A DNA stretch of 64,000 nucleotides from Candidatus Fervidifonticultor tertius (GCA_031459235.1 JAVKIY010000007.1:200-64199), one strand, 5' to 3'; shown: positions 40,604-49,296, numbered from the stretch's first letter. Program-made: numbers and translations. The notes: generated by a model not told the origin, from the sequence alone.

Positions 40604-41422
40604 ATGCCGTTCCTGGGCGCCCGCTCGCACGCACGGCCGGCGGCCGTGGTGCTCGGCGCACCCTACGACGCCACGGCCACGCACCGCCGCGGGGCGCGCG
40701 CCGCGCCCGCCGCGATCCGCTGGGCATCCGACGCGATCGAGACCTACAGCCCGCTGCGGGGCCGCGACCTGGACGATCTCGCCCTGGCCGATGCCGGCGA
40801 CGTGGATCTCGACGGCTGCACACCGGAGGCCGCGGTGGCCCGGGTGCGCGACGCGATCGCGGCCGCACCCGGGCTGCCGCTACTGCTGGGCGGGGAGCAC
40901 ACGGTCACCGCAGGCGCCGTGACCGCGCTCGCCGCCAGACACCCGGACCTGGCGGTCATCGCGGTGGACGCCCACCTGGACCTGCGGGAGGAGTACGACG
41001 GCCACCGGTGGTCGCACGCCACGACACTGCGGCGGGTCGGCGAGCTCGTCGGGTTCGAGCGTCTGGTCGTGCTGGGCGCGCGATCGGGCACGCGCGCCGA
41101 GTGGGCGGCCGCGCATGCGCTGGCCCACTGCGCCCGCACCGGCGCGCTGCCCGACCACGTCTGGGCCGGTCTCGCCGACCGGCCGCTCTACCTCTCGGTG
41201 GACGTGGACGGGTTCGACCCCTCGGTGGCGCCGGGCACCGGCAACCCCGAGCCGCTGGGGCTGTCGGTATCCGATGTCGTCGCGCTGGTGGAGGTGCTGC
41301 GCCGCGGCCGCGTGGTCGGCTGTGACCTCGTCGAGGTCAGTCCCCCGCACGATCCCTCGGGCCAGACCGTCATGCTCGCGGCCTGGCTCGCTCGCGAGCT
41401 GCTGCTGGCGTTCTGCGGCTGA
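40604..41422 (+). CDS. speB: Agmatinase (ureohydrolase family)
   Basis: Arginase-fold motifs: GGEHTVT, AVDAHLDL, SVDVDGFDP. Confidence 0.9.
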   Translation: MPFLGARSHARPAAVVLGAPYDATATHRRGARAAPAAIRWASDAIETYSPLRGRDLDDLALADAGDVDLDGCTPEAAVARVRDAIAAAPGLPLLLGGEHTVTAGAVTALAARHPDLAVIAVDAHLDLREEYDGHRWSHATTLRRVGELVGFERLVVLGARSGTRAEWAAAHALAHCARTGALPDHVWAGLADRPLYLSVDVDGFDPSVAPGTGNPEPLGLSVSDVVALVEVLRRGRVVGCDLVEVSPPHDPSGQTVMLAAWLARELLLAFCG

Positions 41423-41458
41423 CGACTGCCGCGCGCCGCCGCCGGCGCCGTCTTTGCA

Positions 41459-42394
41459 CTATGCCCAGACCTGGCGGAAGACCCGCAGGGCGTTGCCGCC
41501 CAGGATCTTGTGGATGTGCTCGGGCGCATGCCCGCGGGCCCGCAGGCCGGCCGACAGGTTCGGCAGCTTCGACGCGTCCTCCAGGCCGGCGGGCGCCTGC
41601 GGGATACCGTCGTAGTCCGAGCCAAGGGCGACGTGGTCGGCGCCCATGACCGTCGCCATATACTCGATGTGATCGAGCACCCGGTCAAGCGAGGCGGCGC
41701 CCAAGAAGCCGGGATAGAAGTTGACGCCGACCACACCGCCGCGCTGCGCGATCGCCCGGAGCTGCGCGTCGGTCAGGTTCCGGGGGTGCGGGTGCAGGGC
41801 CCAGGCGTTCGAGTGCGAGGCGACCACCGGGCCGCGCGCGACGTCCATCAGGTCCCAGAACGACGCCTCGGAGAGGTGCGAGGCATCGATCACCATGCCC
41901 AGCTCCTCCATGCGCCGAACCACGGCCCGACCCAGATCGGTCAGCCCGCCGTGCTGCCGGCCGAGCACGCCGTCACCGAGCGGGTTGCTGGGGTTCCACG
42001 TCAGGCCGAGCATCCGCACGCCCTGCCGGTAGAGGTCGTCGAGGGCCTCCAGCCGGCCGCCCAGCGCGTCGCCGTTCTCGACGGACAGCACGGCGGCCAC
42101 CTTGCCGGCGCCGCAGGCTTCCTCGATCGAGGCGACCGTCGTCGCATGCACCACGGCCTCGGGGCTGGCCTCGACCGACGCCCGGAACGCCTCGATCAAC
42201 TCGCGCGCGCGCTGTGGGCCGCGCGGTGCGAGTCGGGGGGCCACGTAGGCCGCAAAGACCTGGACGCCCACCCCACCCTCTCGCAAGCGTGGCAGGTCAA
42301 CATGCCCCCGGGCCGAACGCTCGGCCAGGCGCCGCGTCCCGGACTGGATATCGAGAAGGGTGTCGCAGTGCAGATCGACCACGACGGGGGACAT
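41459..42394 (-). CDS. Membrane dipeptidase (peptidase M19)
   Basis: VVDLHCDTLLD...GGVGVQVFAAYV...ASHSNA. ATG at 42394 with GGGAGG upstream. Confidence 0.88.
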   Translation of the reverse strand: MSPVVVDLHCDTLLDIQSGTRRLAERSARGHVDLPRLREGGVGVQVFAAYVAPRLAPRGPQRARELIEAFRASVEASPEAVVHATTVASIEEACGAGKVAAVLSVENGDALGGRLEALDDLYRQGVRMLGLTWNPSNPLGDGVLGRQHGGLTDLGRAVVRRMEELGMVIDASHLSEASFWDLMDVARGPVVASHSNAWALHPHPRNLTDAQLRAIAQRGGVVGVNFYPGFLGAASLDRVLDHIEYMATVMGADHVALGSDYDGIPQAPAGLEDASKLPNLSAGLRARGHAPEHIHKILGGNALRVFRQVWA

Positions 42395-42414
42395 GCGGAC
42401 CTCCCGGACCGCGG

Positions 42415-42705
42415 CTACAGCGAGCCCGGGCAGGCGCAAGGGCTGGCCCCGCACTTGGGGCAGCCGGCGGCGTATCGGGACGCGGCGCGGGCCACATCGA
42501 CGCCAGCCAGGGAGGCGACCGTGGCCGTCCAGGCCAGCACGTCGCTGACCTCCACCTCCAACCGCGCGGGGTCGCGATCGCGCAGCGCCCGCGCGAGCTC
42601 GCCCACCTCCTCCACGAGCCAGCGGAACGCGGCATCGGTGCCCCGCGCCCGGTCGCGGCCCCCGTAGGTCAGCTCGATTTGCCGCTGGAACTCGGCCAGG
42701 GTCAC
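42415..42705 (-). CDS. MazG-like nucleotide pyrophosphohydrolase domain protein with Cys-rich tail
   Basis: LVEEVGELARAL...EVEVSDVLAWTATVASLAGVDV, and a C-terminal GCPKCGASPCACP. The GTG at 42705 overlaps the upstream TGA. Confidence 0.7.
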   Translation of the reverse strand: MTLAEFQRQIELTYGGRDRARGTDAAFRWLVEEVGELARALRDRDPARLEVEVSDVLAWTATVASLAGVDVARAASRYAAGCPKCGASPCACPGSL

Positions 42706-43739
42706 GGCGCCGCCTTCCCGACGGCGGATGCGAGCGCGATCAACTCTGCCAGCGGCAGCGGGCCAACCAGGGTCAGGCGCGTGCGCGGGCCGTCCCACAG
42801 CACCAGGCGCATGCTGCCCACCACGGCGGTGCGCGCCCCCGGCCCCAGCGCCGCCACGGCATCGCCGCGGCCGGACGGGCCGAAGCGGCCGGCCGGCGCC
42901 ACGAACAGCGAGATCACCCGCGCCCCGTCGGAGTACTGCACGTGCGCGGCCAGCACCGGACCGTCGCGGACAGGCACACCGCCCAGGAGCGCGAACCCGC
43001 CGGGCAGCGTCTGCGGTACCCGCACGGGGAAGCCGACGCCGCGCTCCAGCACCGCGAGCGGGAGCACCGGGCCGGTCACTTCGGCCTGCGTGACGATCCG
43101 CGCCCCGGCCGGGGGCCGGGGCTGGAACAGGGCGGGCGGCAGGTTCAGACCGAAGCTGATGCGCGTGAAGTACGCGGTCAGGACGAGCCCGTCCGCCGGG
43201 TCGCGCTCCTCGACGCGCAGGGCCACGCCGGTCGTACGGTCGATCCACAGCCGGCGCTCACGACCGCCGGCGCGCGGCCACAGGCTGATGACTGCGGTCG
43301 GCCGGCCGATCACCTCCTCGGTACCGAGCCACCGCGCCCCGTAGCGCTCGATCGGGAAGCTCAGCGGCGCGTCGGTCATCGGCCCGAGGGAGGGACCCAC
43401 GAACACCATATGGAGGCGCGGCTCGTAGTGCCAGGCCTGCAGGCCGTCGTCGATCAGGATGCGGCCGGCCACACCTTCGGGCGAAAGGAAGTCGAGTCGG
43501 GTGCGAGCGGGCCGCTTGTGCGCCTCGTTGAGCGTGACCGTCTCCATCTCGGCGCCGCGGAGCACGGAGAGGATTTTCGTGCCCTCGTAGTCCACGATCT
43601 GCGGGGCGAGCGCCGCGTGCCGCACCACCTGCTCGATGGTCACGCCGTCCGGGGTGGGCTGCCGCGGCCCGGTCTGGGAGGCCACGGGTGCGGCGGTCGT
43701 CAGCACCGCGGCCAGGGCCAGCAGCGCCAGCCAGCTCAC
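42702..43739 (-). CDS. MucB/RseB-like (LolA-fold) extracytoplasmic protein
   Basis: Signal peptide VSWLALLALAAVLTTAAPVASQ. The DYEGTKILSVLRG...RLDFLSPEGVAGRILIDDG pattern is RseB-like. It is coupled to the anti-sigma gene by a GTGA overlap. Confidence 0.55.
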   Translation of the reverse strand: MSWLALLALAAVLTTAAPVASQTGPRQPTPDGVTIEQVVRHAALAPQIVDYEGTKILSVLRGAEMETVTLNEAHKRPARTRLDFLSPEGVAGRILIDDGLQAWHYEPRLHMVFVGPSLGPMTDAPLSFPIERYGARWLGTEEVIGRPTAVISLWPRAGGRERRLWIDRTTGVALRVEERDPADGLVLTAYFTRISFGLNLPPALFQPRPPAGARIVTQAEVTGPVLPLAVLERGVGFPVRVPQTLPGGFALLGGVPVRDGPVLAAHVQYSDGARVISLFVAPAGRFGPSGRGDAVAALGPGARTAVVGSMRLVLWDGPRTRLTLVGPLPLAELIALASAVGKAAP

Positions 43740-44224
43740 CGGCGTCCCCCGCGCGGGTCCTCGCCGGCCAGGCGCAGGTTGGCGTCGGTCGAAACGAGCC
43801 CGATGTAGGCCCGATCGAGGAACGGGTCCTCGGCTGCGCTCTGCACCGCGGCGCGCATGAAGAGGTCTGGGCCGACCTCGGCCGCGCGCAGCCGCGTCTG
43901 GTGGTCGCGGACAATCGGGACCGCCACCAGGACCACGGCCAGCGCCGCGGCCGCCAGGGCCAGGGTCGGCCGCGGCCGCCCGAGCCACCAGGGCCTGGTC
44001 GGCTGCGCGAGCTTGGCGAGCACCCCGGCCTCGAAGTCCGGGGGCGGGGCCGGCGCGTCCAGCGCGCCGAGGAGGCGCTTGGTCTCGCGGAAGGCCTCCA
44101 GCCGTGTCTGACACGACGGGCAGCCATCCAGGTGCCGCCTGATCTCGTCGGCCTCCGCCGGGGAGATCTCGGCGTCGAGGTAGGCACTCAGCTCGCGCTC
44201 GAACGGGTGGCTCACTTCAGGCAC
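43736..44224 (-). CDS. Anti-sigma factor (zf-HC2, single TM)
   Basis: H-x3-C-x2-C motif (RRHLDGCPSCQ), followed by the TM segment LALAAAALAVVLVAVPIV. Confidence 0.8.
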   Translation of the reverse strand: MPEVSHPFERELSAYLDAEISPAEADEIRRHLDGCPSCQTRLEAFRETKRLLGALDAPAPPPDFEAGVLAKLAQPTRPWWLGRPRPTLALAAAALAVVLVAVPIVRDHQTRLRAAEVGPDLFMRAAVQSAAEDPFLDRAYIGLVSTDANLRLAGEDPRGGRR

Positions 44225-44804
44225 CTGCCAGACTTCGTCGGATCGACCCCAGGCGCTCGCGCAGCGCGCGGCGCGCCCGGTGCAACCGTGACTTCACGGT
44301 CCCGATGGGGACACGCATCATGGACGCGATCTCCTCGTACGCGTACCCCTCCACGTCGGCGAGGACGACGACCATCCGGAGGTCCGGCGCCAGCCCGAGC
44401 AACGCCTGCTGGATGCGGCGGTCGATGGACGCGTCCAGGACCCGCTGCTCGACGTCTGTGGCCGGGTCCGCCCGTTCCCGCTGCACTTCGCCCGAGGCGG
44501 TCGCGAGCGGCTCATCGAGCGAGTGCAGACGGACGCCGCGCCGGCGCCGGAGCAGGTCGATGTACAGGTTGGAGACGATCCGGTACAGCCATCCCTCGAG
44601 CTGCGCCTCCGGGTCGATCCGGCTCCACGCCCGCCAGACGCGGATGAACGCCTCCTGCGCCAGGTCTCGCGCATCGGCTTCATTGCCAGCCATCCGATAG
44701 GCGATCGCGTACACGTGCCGTCCGTAGCGCCCGACGAGCCGCTCGAACTCCTCGCGATCGACCGGGCCCGGCGCCGGGCCCCTGAGCTTCTGGCGTCCCG
44801 CCAA
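44217..44804 (-). CDS. ECF (sigma-70 family group IV) RNA polymerase sigma factor
   Basis: Region 2 (RHVYAIAYRMAGNEADARDLAQEAFIRVW) and region 4 (YEEIASMMRVPIGTVKSRLHRAR). TTG start at 44804. Confidence 0.88.
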   Translation of the reverse strand: MAGRQKLRGPAPGPVDREEFERLVGRYGRHVYAIAYRMAGNEADARDLAQEAFIRVWRAWSRIDPEAQLEGWLYRIVSNLYIDLLRRRRGVRLHSLDEPLATASGEVQRERADPATDVEQRVLDASIDRRIQQALLGLAPDLRMVVVLADVEGYAYEEIASMMRVPIGTVKSRLHRARRALRERLGSIRRSLAGA

Positions 44805-44838
44805 CCTCCACCTGCGGCCGCCGATGCCTACTCCATGC

Positions 44839-44864
44839 TACGGGGCCGGACCCACGCGGGTTCC
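44839..44864 (-). promoter_or_regulatory. ECF-type (autoregulatory) promoter upstream of the sigma factor gene
   Basis: On the minus strand: GGAAC (44864-44860), 17 nt, CGTA (44842-44839). It sits directly after the comEA stop and about 35 nt before the sigma start. Confidence 0.5.
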
Positions 44865-44865
44865 G

Positions 44866-45492
44866 TCACTCGAGCCGGAGGTAGGGTTCCAACCGGCGGA
44901 AGAGTTTCGGGCCGATGCCGCGGACCTCCTGGAGGTCCTCCAGCCGCCGGAACAGCCCCTTGGCCTCGCGATGCTCGACGATCCGGCGCGCCAGGACCGA
45001 CCCGACCCCGGGCAGGCGCTCAAGCTCTGCGGCGGTCGCCGTGTTCACGTTCACCGTCCCAACGGGCTCCCCTGCCCGGGCGGCATCCCCCGCCAGAGCC
45101 TCGCCGGGCGCGGTCCGGCGCCCGGGCGGAGGATGCGCGACGCGCCGGACCTGTTCGAACGGATACGGCGGCTGCGCGATCCGCGGGATGACCACGCGGT
45201 CGCCATCGCGCAACGGCGCGGCCAGGTTCACCTTACGCAGGTCGGCGATGAGGGTCGGTCCGTGCGCGGCGAAGATCGCGTCCTGGAGGCGGCTACCTGC
45301 CTTGAGGACATAGAGCCCGGGCCAGAGGACCTCACCCGCAACGTGGACGCTGATGAGCGCTACGTCCGGCGGCTGCTCCACTCTCGGCGGCGGCACCGGC
45401 CGGTAGGCGCGGCTGGCGACGACCACGGCGATACCGAGCGCCGCGGCCAGACCGAACAGCGCGATAGCTTCGGATCGGTCGATGGCGACCAC
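44866..45492 (-). CDS. comEA: ComEA-like DNA receptor (SLBB + helix-hairpin-helix)
   Basis: N-terminal TM. VHVAGEVLWPGLYVLKAGSRLQDAI. C-terminal VNVNTATAAELERLPGVGSVLARRIVEHRE. Confidence 0.85.
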   Translation of the reverse strand: MVAIDRSEAIALFGLAAALGIAVVVASRAYRPVPPPRVEQPPDVALISVHVAGEVLWPGLYVLKAGSRLQDAIFAAHGPTLIADLRKVNLAAPLRDGDRVVIPRIAQPPYPFEQVRRVAHPPPGRRTAPGEALAGDAARAGEPVGTVNVNTATAAELERLPGVGSVLARRIVEHREAKGLFRRLEDLQEVRGIGPKLFRRLEPYLRLE

Positions 45493-45538
45493 CCCCCTCG
45501 CCCGATTCCATCGGCCGAGGGGGCCCGGTGTACCGGGG

Positions 45539-47977
45539 CTACCTGGCGACCACGTTCACGAGCCGGCCGGGCACGACGACGACGTCGGCCACGGTCTTGC
45601 CGTCCAGGTGCTGCCGGATCTTCGGGTTGGCCAGCGCGAGCGCGCGCGCCTGCTCCGCGCTGATACCCGCGTCCACCTCCACCCGGTCGCGCACCCGGCC
45701 GTTCACCTGGAGGACCAGGGTCACGCGCGGTGCGGTCGCCTTCGCGGCGTCGTAGGCCGGCCAGGGCTGATCGTGGACGCTGTAGGCACCACCCAGGTGT
45801 TCGACCCACAGCTCCTCGGCGATGTGCGGGCACAGCGGCGCCAGCAGCAGGACCAGCGCCCGGACGGCCTCGTCCCACAGCGACGCCGACGCCGAGGTCT
45901 GCGCGCGCTGCAACACGTTGGTGTACTCCATCAGCGCGGCGAGCGCGGTGTTCCAGCGAAACCCCTCCATGTCATCGGTCACTCGCCGGATGGTGCGGTG
46001 CATCCAGTATTCCAGCTCGCGGGCCGACACGCCCGCGCCCGCCGCCACGGTCTTCGCTGGGCCGGTGACCAGCGTCCAGACCCTGGTCAGGAACCGGGCG
46101 ACGCCCTCGATACCCCGCGGGTTCCACGGGCCGCCCTGATCCCAGGGCCCGATGAACATCAGGTACGCGCGCAGGGTGTCGGCGCCGTAGCGCCGCACCA
46201 GTTCGTCGGGGTTGACGACGTTGCCGCGCGACTTGCTCATCCGATTGCCATCAGGCCCCAGGATGATGCCCTGGTTGAACAGGCGCAGCATCGGCTCGCC
46301 GAACGCGACCAGGCCGAGGTCACGCATGACCTTGGTCCAGAACCGCGTGTAGAGCAGATGCATGACCGCGTGCTCCACCCCGCCGGTGTATTGGTCTACC
46401 GGCAGCCAGTAGCGGCCGGCCTCGGGGTCGAACGGGCGGTCGGGGTCGTGCGGGCTTAGGTACCGGTACTGGTACCACGACGAGTCGACGAACGTATCCA
46501 TCGTATCCGTCTCGCGCCGCGCCGCGCCGCCACACGACGGGCAGGCCGTGTGCAGGAACCCCTCGTGGTAGCGTAGCGGCGACTCGCCGGTCGGCCGGAA
46601 CGCGGCGTCCTCGGGCAGCCGGACCGGCAGGTCGCGGTAGGGCACGGGCACGACCCCGCACCGGTCGCAGTAGACGATCGGGATGGGCGTGCCCCAGTAG
46701 CGCTGCCGGCTGATCAACCAGTCGTGCAGACGGTAGTGAACCTTGCGCTCGCCGATGCCGCGCCGGACGATCTCGTCGGCCACCCGCCGCCAGCCCTCGT
46801 CCGATGGCAGCCCGTCGAAGGGCCCGGAGTTGACCATGGTCCCCTCGCCCAGGTAGGCCTCCCGGAGCGGCTGGCCGTCCCAGCCCGGCGGCGCGATGAC
46901 CACCGGAACGGGCAGGTCGTACTTCCGCGCGAAGTCGAAGTCGCGCGCATCGTGCGCCGGCACGCCCATGATGGCGCCGGTGCCGTACGTCAGCAGCACG
47001 TAGTCGGCGACGTAGACCGGGACCGGCGCCTGGCTCATCGGGTTGATCGCGTAGGCGCCGGTGAAGACCCCGTCCCGCTCCCGCTCGGTGGACAGCCGCT
47101 CGATGTCCGACTCGCGGGCGGCCTTGTACTTGTAGGCTTCCACCGCCGCGCGTTGTGCCGGCGTCGTCAGCGCGTCCACCAGTGGGTGCTCGGGTGCCAG
47201 CACACAAAACGTCATCCCGTAGACGGTGTCGGGCCGCGTCGTGAACACGCGGAACGCCGCATCCGGGTGATCGCGCACGCGGAGCTCGAACTCGACGCCC
47301 TCGCTCCGGCCGATCCAGTTGGTCTGGAGCGTGCGCACCCGCTCGGGCCACTCGATGCCGGAGAAATCGAGCAGCTCGTCGGCGTACGCCGTGATCTTGA
47401 GGAACCACTGTTCCAGGTTCTTCTTCACGACCGGCGTGCCGCACCGCTCGCACACGCGCTCCTCGCCGACGACCTGCTCGCGCGCCAAGGTGGTGTTGTC
47501 CTTGGGGCACCAGTCCACCGGCGCCAGCGCGCGGTAGGCCAACCCGCGCTCGTACATCTTCAGGAAGAACCACTGGTTCCAGACGTAGTACTCGGGGTCG
47601 CAGGTGACCACCTCGCGCTGCCAGTCCCACATCGCGCCCATGGACCGGAGTTGCCGGCGCATGCGCTCGATGTTGTCCATCGTCCACCGGTAGGGGTGGA
47701 TGCCGCGCTCGATGGCCGCGTTCTCCGCGGGTAGCCCGAAGGCATCGAACCCGATCGGCAGCATCACGTTGTAGCCGCGCCGCCGCTTGTACCGGGCGAG
47801 CGCGTCCGAGGGGCCCATGGGGTACCAGTGGCCAACGTGGAGGTCGCCCGAGGGATACGGGTACATCGTGAGCAGGTAGAACTTCGGGCGCGGGTCACCG
47901 TCGGGCGCGTGGTGCAGCCCGTCGGCCTCCCACCGGGCCTGCCACTTCGGCTCGATCGTCGCCGGGTCGTACCGCAT
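45539..47977 (-). CDS. leuS: Leucine--tRNA ligase
   Basis: MRYDPATIEPKWQARW, HVGH (HIGH) and KMSKS motifs, 812 aa. GGGAGGA lies 6 nt upstream of the ATG at 47977. Confidence 0.95.
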   Translation of the reverse strand: MRYDPATIEPKWQARWEADGLHHAPDGDPRPKFYLLTMYPYPSGDLHVGHWYPMGPSDALARYKRRRGYNVMLPIGFDAFGLPAENAAIERGIHPYRWTMDNIERMRRQLRSMGAMWDWQREVVTCDPEYYVWNQWFFLKMYERGLAYRALAPVDWCPKDNTTLAREQVVGEERVCERCGTPVVKKNLEQWFLKITAYADELLDFSGIEWPERVRTLQTNWIGRSEGVEFELRVRDHPDAAFRVFTTRPDTVYGMTFCVLAPEHPLVDALTTPAQRAAVEAYKYKAARESDIERLSTERERDGVFTGAYAINPMSQAPVPVYVADYVLLTYGTGAIMGVPAHDARDFDFARKYDLPVPVVIAPPGWDGQPLREAYLGEGTMVNSGPFDGLPSDEGWRRVADEIVRRGIGERKVHYRLHDWLISRQRYWGTPIPIVYCDRCGVVPVPYRDLPVRLPEDAAFRPTGESPLRYHEGFLHTACPSCGGAARRETDTMDTFVDSSWYQYRYLSPHDPDRPFDPEAGRYWLPVDQYTGGVEHAVMHLLYTRFWTKVMRDLGLVAFGEPMLRLFNQGIILGPDGNRMSKSRGNVVNPDELVRRYGADTLRAYLMFIGPWDQGGPWNPRGIEGVARFLTRVWTLVTGPAKTVAAGAGVSARELEYWMHRTIRRVTDDMEGFRWNTALAALMEYTNVLQRAQTSASASLWDEAVRALVLLLAPLCPHIAEELWVEHLGGAYSVHDQPWPAYDAAKATAPRVTLVLQVNGRVRDRVEVDAGISAEQARALALANPKIRQHLDGKTVADVVVVPGRLVNVVAR

Positions 47978-48002
47978 GCGCGTCCTCCCGCCGGGTGCCG
48001 GC

Positions 48003-48935
48003 TCAGGCACCGGAGAGCACGGGCACCGGGGTCAGCCAGCCGTGCCGGTCGGGCAAGCGTCCCGCGGTGATGCCGAAGAACTCCTCCTGTAGCCGCGCCG
48101 TGATCGGGCCGCGGCGGCCCGCGCCCACGGGCACGCGGTCCACGGACCGCACCGGCGTGATCTCGGCGGCGGTGCCGGTGAAGAAGACCTCGTCGGCGAC
48201 ATAGAGCATCTCGCGGGGGATCGGCATCTCCCGCACCTCGATCCCCAGGTCGCGGCACAGCCGCAGCACGACGGTGCGGGTCACGCCGCCCAGGATCGAG
48301 GCGGCCAGCGGCGGGGTGAGGACCACCCCGTCCCGAACCACGAAGAGATTCTCTCCGCTGCCCTCGCTGAGCGTCCCGCCCACGTCCAGGGCGATACCCT
48401 CGGCGAACCCATTGTCCGTCGCCTCCATCACGACGAACGCCGAGTTCACGTAGTTGCCGCCGATCTTGCCCATGCCCGGGTGCGTGTCCGGGGCCATGCG
48501 GCGCCAGGAACTCACCATGACGTCCACGCCCTGCTCGATCGCCTCGGCGCCGAGGTACCGGCCCCACTCGATGGTGATCACCGCCACGTGGAGCGGGCAC
48601 TTCCGGTGGTCCACGGCGAACGACTCGACGCCGCGGAACACGACCGGCCGGATGTAGCAGCTCCGGTGGCCGTTGGCGCCGACGGTGTCGAGAATCGCCC
48701 GCGAGAGCTCCTCGCGGCTGTAGGACAGCGGCATCCGAAAGATGCGGCAGGAGTCCTCCAGCCGCCGCACGTGCGGTTCCAGGCAGAAGACCGCCGGGCC
48801 GGAGGCGGTCTCGTAGCACCGGATGCCCTCGAAGACGCTCGACCCGTAGTGGACGACGTGCGCGGCCACGTGGATCTTCGCGTCCTCCCAGGGCACCAGC
48901 GCCCCGTCCATCCAGATCCGACTCGACGCCTTCAC
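48003..48935 (-). CDS. ilvE: Branched-chain amino acid aminotransferase
   Basis: IWMDGALVPWEDAKIHVAAHVVHYGSSVFEGIRCY. The start is the GTG at 48935 (GGGGG 8 nt upstream) or at 48944. The listed ORF extension to 49067 runs through the T-box terminator and a tRNA and is not coding. Confidence 0.88.
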   Translation of the reverse strand: MKASSRIWMDGALVPWEDAKIHVAAHVVHYGSSVFEGIRCYETASGPAVFCLEPHVRRLEDSCRIFRMPLSYSREELSRAILDTVGANGHRSCYIRPVVFRGVESFAVDHRKCPLHVAVITIEWGRYLGAEAIEQGVDVMVSSWRRMAPDTHPGMGKIGGNYVNSAFVVMEATDNGFAEGIALDVGGTLSEGSGENLFVVRDGVVLTPPLAASILGGVTRTVVLRLCRDLGIEVREMPIPREMLYVADEVFFTGTAAEITPVRSVDRVPVGAGRRGPITARLQEEFFGITAGRLPDRHGWLTPVPVLSGA

Positions 48936-48948
48936 CGCCGTCACCCCC

Positions 48949-48989
48949 AGAAAACAGCGACGCCGCCTCGTCCCAGGGACGAAGGCGGC
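48949..48989 (-). terminator. T-box terminator helix plus U-tract
   Basis: GCCGCCU(U)CGUCCC ug GGGACGAGGCGGC (48989-48962), then GUCGCUGUUUUCU with UUUU at 48954-48951. The 5' arm can alternatively pair with the T-box sequence to form the antiterminator. Confidence 0.7.
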
Positions 48990-49022
48990 CTCCGCGGTAC
49001 CACCCCGGTTGACAGGCGCATC

Positions 49023-49097
49023 TGGTGGACCCGAGGGGAATCGAACCCCTAACCTCCCGCACGCCAAGCGGGCGTTCTCCCGTTGAACTACGGGCCC
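49023..49097 (-). tRNA. tRNA-Ala (anticodon GGC), CCA encoded
   Basis: GGGCCCG-UA-GUUC-AACGGGA-GAAC-G-CCCGC-UUGGCGU-GCGGG-AGGUU-AGGGG-UUCGAUU-CCCCU-CGGGUCC-A-CCA. All four stems are perfect cloverleaf pairs. U33, purine 37, the G3:U70 alanine identity pair and A73 are present. Confidence 0.93.
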
Positions 49098-49296
49098 GGA
49101 TGCCTGTCCGCTTGTCCCCGTCTCGTGGGGCCGCCGGTGGAGGCTACGGCGTCAGGTCGCCTCCACGGCTCGCGGGCGAGTTCGGCCCGGCCGCCGGTCG
49201 GATCGCACCCGCTCCCGACTCTCTCGACGGCAGCCCGTCGGCCTACTGCTCCCGGTCTTCGCCGGTCTGGCGATGGGCGACGCGCCCATCGGTGGC

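Larger units (their letters stand above)
48949..49290 (-). promoter_or_regulatory. T-box riboswitch leader (Leu, specifier CUC) of ilvE-leuS, interrupted at the Stem III position by a tRNA gene
   Basis: All on the minus strand. K-turn GGCGAAGAC (49263-49255) with CGAGCC (49172-49167). S-turn AGUA (49247-49244). AG bulge AGAGAG (49224-49219). Distal loop GGGUGCGA (49210-49203). Specifier loop GAA-CUC-G (49183-49177). Stem II GUGGAGGC/GCCUCCAC. T-box sequence GGGGUGGUACCGCGG (49006-48992) with the UGGUACC bulge and an antiterminator/terminator alternative. Confidence 0.8.

Noticed and set aside
48945-49067. N-terminal extension of the ilvE ORF (listed as starting at 49067)
   Set aside because: The extension runs through the T-box terminator/antiterminator and 45 nt of the tRNA-Ala gene. 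Typical IlvE N-termini begin just before the IWMDG motif.
49153-49290. 45-codon Arg-rich ORF (MGASPIARPAKTGSS...) starting with an AUG 8 nt after the TATAAT box. It could be a leaderless small protein or a leader peptide.
   Set aside because: It overlaps T-box Stem I and Stem II. It uses rare AGA/AGG/CGA/AGT codons, with weaker third-position GC than real genes here. The RNA elements fully explain the sequence.
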